DNA from: Takakia lepidozioides
Lineage: Eukaryota > Plantae > Bryophyta
Direction: 5' to 3'
Assembly: GCA_030704615.1 (NCBI GenBank)
Contig: CM060734.1
Span: 48,422,001-48,486,000, forward strand
Length of the DNA: 64,000 bases
The stretch's first letter is position 1; each line of letters opens with the position of its first letter. The translations under genes and the position numbers were made by a program. Shown here piece by piece: positions 59,762 through 64,000 of the stretch. A model generated the notes under the pieces. The model was not told the origin of the DNA, did not search any database, and saw only the letters and a list, made by a program, of their open reading frames with translations.

Positions 59762-61566
59762 CCCGGGGCGGCAACTCCCTATAATATGCAGGGGTCCTCG
59801 GATTTAGAAGAGGATTCGGAGCTGATTTTCATCTTCTAAAAACCTTATTATAACTTATAATACACCATTTTTGAATTGGAGCTGGAGCTGCAAATTATAA
59901 TAAATTATTATATATACATTAGGTACATTCAGACTCATAAGTAGCATCCAGATGTCTACCAACTTAAGAGTGAATATTTTCATGGCAAATAAATTTCTTT
60001 GACCTTCTTATATTCGAGTTATACTTACACGAAACTTATTCTATTTTCGTTCACATATATGCATATGTTAACAAATAATTTTACTTATTTATATTCTCTC
60101 TTACCTCTGTTCACAACATACCACGTGTATTTGTCCTAATTGCTATGGATGACATACACTGCCTCCATCGTCATCCCGTAGCATCGCTCTCCTTTGCGTC
60201 GTCTGCAGCATCGCTTTTCTTTGCAGCACAAGTCTGCACTTGGAGAATCACTTTCCTTGCAACATCAGATCGTAATGCGGCCCCTCAAAACTCTGTTACT
60301 AGTACAATTCATGCAGCTGTTGTTGCAAATGCAAGGGAGAATTTATATATATTCCATGTGTTTCACGCTGATGAGTGCCATGATCTCGGCATACTCCCAG
60401 TTTGGTTGTCTTGCTTGTTTTCTTTCCCTTTCCCTCTGTTTGCTTCTCCAGGACCGCCAACATCATCTGAATTTTGCACAGGTGAAGCCATACCTGCAAT
60501 CACAAGAGCTAAACACATCAGTGATCAGAGCCCGATCAGAATGAAAATGAAAAGCATGAATTTCAACTGATTTGCAAACTCAACCAATTTTCAACATGAA
60601 AAGCATATTCATTCAATGTCGTTATTGTACTTGCTGGTGCAATCTCTAGCGGAGAATGAAGCAATACACACTACTAGTATTAAGGAAGAAGCACACGATG
60701 ACAAAAGCTCCAACGTCTACTGGCAAAGACGCGAGATGGCGGGACAAGAAGATGATGAGAAAAATCACACTTAGATGAAAATCATCCTTCCATGAATCGC
60801 AGTAAGAAATAAATAACTTATTAGGTTGAAATCTGAATGAATAAGATACGACCAATATCAAACCCACATCTACGATTTTTCAAAGATTGATCTTGCAAAT
60901 AAATAGCAATATCAGTGGCCTAACTTTGTGCATAACTTTCTGCCATGTCACCTGCCACGACGACGTCCAGTCAGCAGTTAACTCACTAACATGGACACGT
61001 GTGAATAGAGATAGACCCGGTGCTACTTTATCCCCCAAGTTAATCGTCAGTCTGAATGTACCTATTAAATCAAAAGGGGAGGAAGCCCTTTACTATATCA
61101 TATTAATAGAATACCAAGGAAAAATAACCTTGGCCCATAGGGCATACTCTCGAGCAAACAGCCTGCACCAGCGTGAAGCGTGAAGCGGCCCATTGCTCCA
61201 AGCTTGAAACCTAAAACCTAACGAATGTGGTTGGACATCCATAGAGAGCTGGATGCCGTCTATATAATAAAATATATATTATAAAAATATCTCATATTAT
61301 AATTTTTAAAATTCCAAGAAAAATCTGGGGTACCGTATCTAGACGAGGACCCCTGCATTAGAAAAAATCTTATAATAAGTTCTAAAATCAACTTTTGAGG
61401 TACATAACCTAATCTGATTGGCATGAAAGTGGTGTCAATCGATGCATCTCGATGGCTACTTTCACAACATATTTGGAGGGCTCTCTTTATAACTTACACT
61501 CCTTCATTAGAAGAGTTAGAAAAAATAATAAATGACCATCTAAGACAGTTGTGTTGCCACCCCGGG
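59762..61566. mobile_element. Non-autonomous hAT-like element
   Basis: 14-bp TIRs CCCGGGGCGGCAAC / GTTGCCACCCCGGG (1 mismatch); 8-bp TSD GACCAGTG at 59754-59761 and 61567-61574. Confidence 0.85.
59786..61358. mobile_element. Nested non-autonomous TIR element
   Basis: Perfect 15-bp inverted repeat ATGCAGGGGTCCTCG / CGAGGACCCCTGCAT; superfamily unclear. Confidence 0.6.
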
Positions 61567-62329
61567 GACCAGTGCGTCTTGCAGGTCTGCTCGAATTAAT
61601 ACCAGGATGTTGGAAAACCCGAACTGCTAGATAATAGTAGAGCTTAGATTGAATACTTCTTTCTCCGATGGAATAAAGGTGACCTTACTGGGATGTCACA
61701 TAGAGGACTTGCTATGATAAGTACTCCTGACCAGTGCATAGCAAAGGCTCGTAGCAACAGTAAACTGCCTCTGTAGGTCTGATATAACCTCTTAGGATGC
61801 TTAAGCTTTGTTGCACCCTTGACGAGTTCTAAGTCGTACAGGTCTTCTAAGTTGGTCTTCGTCCCTGGAGGACCTACAATGTTGTTTGAACAATGTTGCA
61901 GCGGCAAAATTACAAGTGGAGTTGCACCATCAACATGATTAGAACCAATTGTTGGACCAGAGAAGAAAGCTTGCTTAAAACATAATAAGTTGTGCCAAAA
62001 CATACAACAGACTCAAAACTTGCTAAACATTATACCACGTATGCGCCACATCCAGGAATCTGCCGCTCATATCTTGAGGACTTGATATCAAGTCGTGAGT
62101 AAGGGAGCTTGCGGCCAGAATTCTTCTGATATGCGCGATGACCTGATATCAAGTTGTGAGCAGGGGAGCTTGCGGCTAGAATTCTCCTCAGCCTTCAAGA
62201 TGCTCGAGCTTTGAGTTGTTCTACAAGAAAAATGACGTGCGAGCCAGAAGTACGAAATGCTTAATTTCCGTCCTGCTACAAGTCAAATATCTCACAGGTC
62301 TCTCATCTATGGTACAGTACCCCTGAATC

Positions 62330-63545
62330 TCTTTCCAAAACTCTAGGCACCCTAAGGCTCTCCTCCGGTATAGCCTTGGTTCTGCAATCAGTTCCAGATT
62401 CGTGGAGAGACATGCTCAGACAGGGCCCATCCTCTCCTTCTCTTTATCAGTGGGTGACCACACCTGATCACCACTTTCAGGTCATGTTCATAACGGAAGC
62501 CTCGTTTGATAACCTGGTGGGATTCGCATTTAGGGCCCATCCTTATATGGGTGCTCTCTCGCTGCACTCATCCAACTCCATCACAATCCCATATGCAAAT
62601 ACCCCATCAGCCAGAATTTGCCATTGGAACTCTAAGCTCAAAGATTTTAATCCACACCTCACATCCAACACGCAGGTTCTACCCATGGTTACGATTAGGA
62701 ACCTTCATATGGATACGAAGCCAGTCCATCCAGGATCTGCAAATCGACCCGGCAGAATGGCAATGGGAATTCGGGGACAAAATTTGCTCCTTCTTCTCTT
62801 ACACGGCCAAGGGAGCCTACAGAGCGATGCTGTAGGCCAAGTCTCTAACCATAAAATGGGATGACAGATGGGGCTTAATATTCCAATTTAGAGAGGAAAA
62901 CTGGAAGTGCATATGGGTTCTGATTTGGGAAAAATCTAAACCCGCCAAACTCAATGCCTTTCTTTGGCAAATTGCAAATAGAGTTTTAAAGGTTGGGCAA
63001 TTTCTGAACTTCCAAGAGGCTATACTCTGCAGATGCTGCCCCATTGGGGTTATTGAGTCTTTGGAACACTGCCTTATTTTCTATAGAGGGCCGTCATCCA
63101 TCTGGCCCTTGGTATTGTCACTTTACAGGGTCTGGTCAGACACCGCTCAGGACCCTATAGCCCTCCTGCTAAATTACAACCAGACAACCAAGTCCAAGGT
63201 GTCCACATGCCCAGTATTCGAGGTTCTCCGCTCGGCAATGTTGTGGCAAATTTGGAAGGCTCGGTGCAGATGGACATTAAACAATGTCTCCTTCTCCTGT
63301 ACATAAGACCTGGTTTGTGTTTTCTATGATGTTACTATTGCAGCTAAGTTGGCTTGGCAAAAACTATGTGCAGAAGCAGACAGGAAACCGAACGAAAAAA
63401 TTCCCTCCTCGCCTCCTTCAGAGCATCTTGGGGAAGAGGAGGAATCATTTGTTGCTGCATTGATACGGACTCATGTACATGGGTAGACTCCATACCTGAA
63501 CTCTGGAAACACCGATGGAGCACCATCTTCGGCCTCCCCTGACTT
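62330..63545 (+). mobile_element. LINE ORF2 3' fragment (zf-RVT), decayed
   Basis: FLWQIANRVLKVG...CRCCP...ESLEHCL...LWQIWKARC. Confidence 0.8.
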
Positions 63546-64000
63546 GGACTCAGCAGATATAAACTGGAAGCACATAAAGAGGGGGTCTAAATCTAAGTTG
63601 ATCTTCCTCAGATAGGAATCTTCCGAGTTTCACTCCTTGGCCGTTCCGGCCCGTGCTCTTACTGTTCGTCGTTCCGTTTGGTTCCCTCTGCTCTAGGGCA
63701 CCTCTCTCTCATGGAGGTTTTCATTGCTAGGAACTAATCTTAGATTAGCTCTCTGCACTACCGTAGTGGGAAGGCTGATCCGGCACTAAATAATTAGAAA
63801 TGAATCTGCCTAATAATTAAGTGAAAATTTAGGAAAAACTGCCGAAATTCCAGAAACTTTACAAAAAAATGCCTAAAATCTCAAACAAACTCCAAATATC
63901 AAATCTCCAAATGCATGTTTCAAGGCATAAAGCTCTAGGAAAATATTTTCCTTAGCTCTGAGAAATCCTAGAATAATTGGCTGAACAATCACTGCATTTG

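Overview
Eukaryotic, intron-containing, transposon-dense region, most likely from a non-seed land plant (PLS-class PPR fragment, GDSL lipase, Tcn1-like Ty3/gypsy; the lineage is inferred). Left to right: 3' end of an RLE-type retroelement; a decayed CACTA element with a SET-domain ORF; LINE fragments; an alternating inverted array of ~2.2-kb units; a Ty3/gypsy element (LTR 33414-34158) whose PBS is complementary to its own predicted 5' end. A ~13.4-kb Mutator-like element (MULE; 9-bp TSD ACAGTTTGG) inserted at the LTR/PBS junction, and ~17659-21930 was later inverted across both elements. Further right: a PPR pseudogene, a CACTA end, a >12-kb element with a Sola/DUF7869-type transposase, a SEN1-like helicase relic, a truncated copia, a GDSL lipase gene with a damaged first exon, nested MITEs and a LINE relic. 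Main discovery candidate: two unrelated DNA transposons each carry a divergently transcribed multi-exon accessory gene with a ParB/Srx-like domain, linked to a beta-class amino-DNA-methyltransferase-like domain in the MULE and to FCP1-like phosphatase domains plus Pol II CTD-like repeats in the Sola-like element. Each element also contains many copies of its own palindrome (GAAATTCGGCGCCGAATTTC arrays; AACCTCCACTG-NN-CAGTGGAGGTT about every 1 kb). This looks like a transposon-borne ParB/parS-like self-recognition system. All domain calls are by-eye motif recognition, not database searches. Most ORFs carry stops or frameshifts, and many boundaries are approximate.
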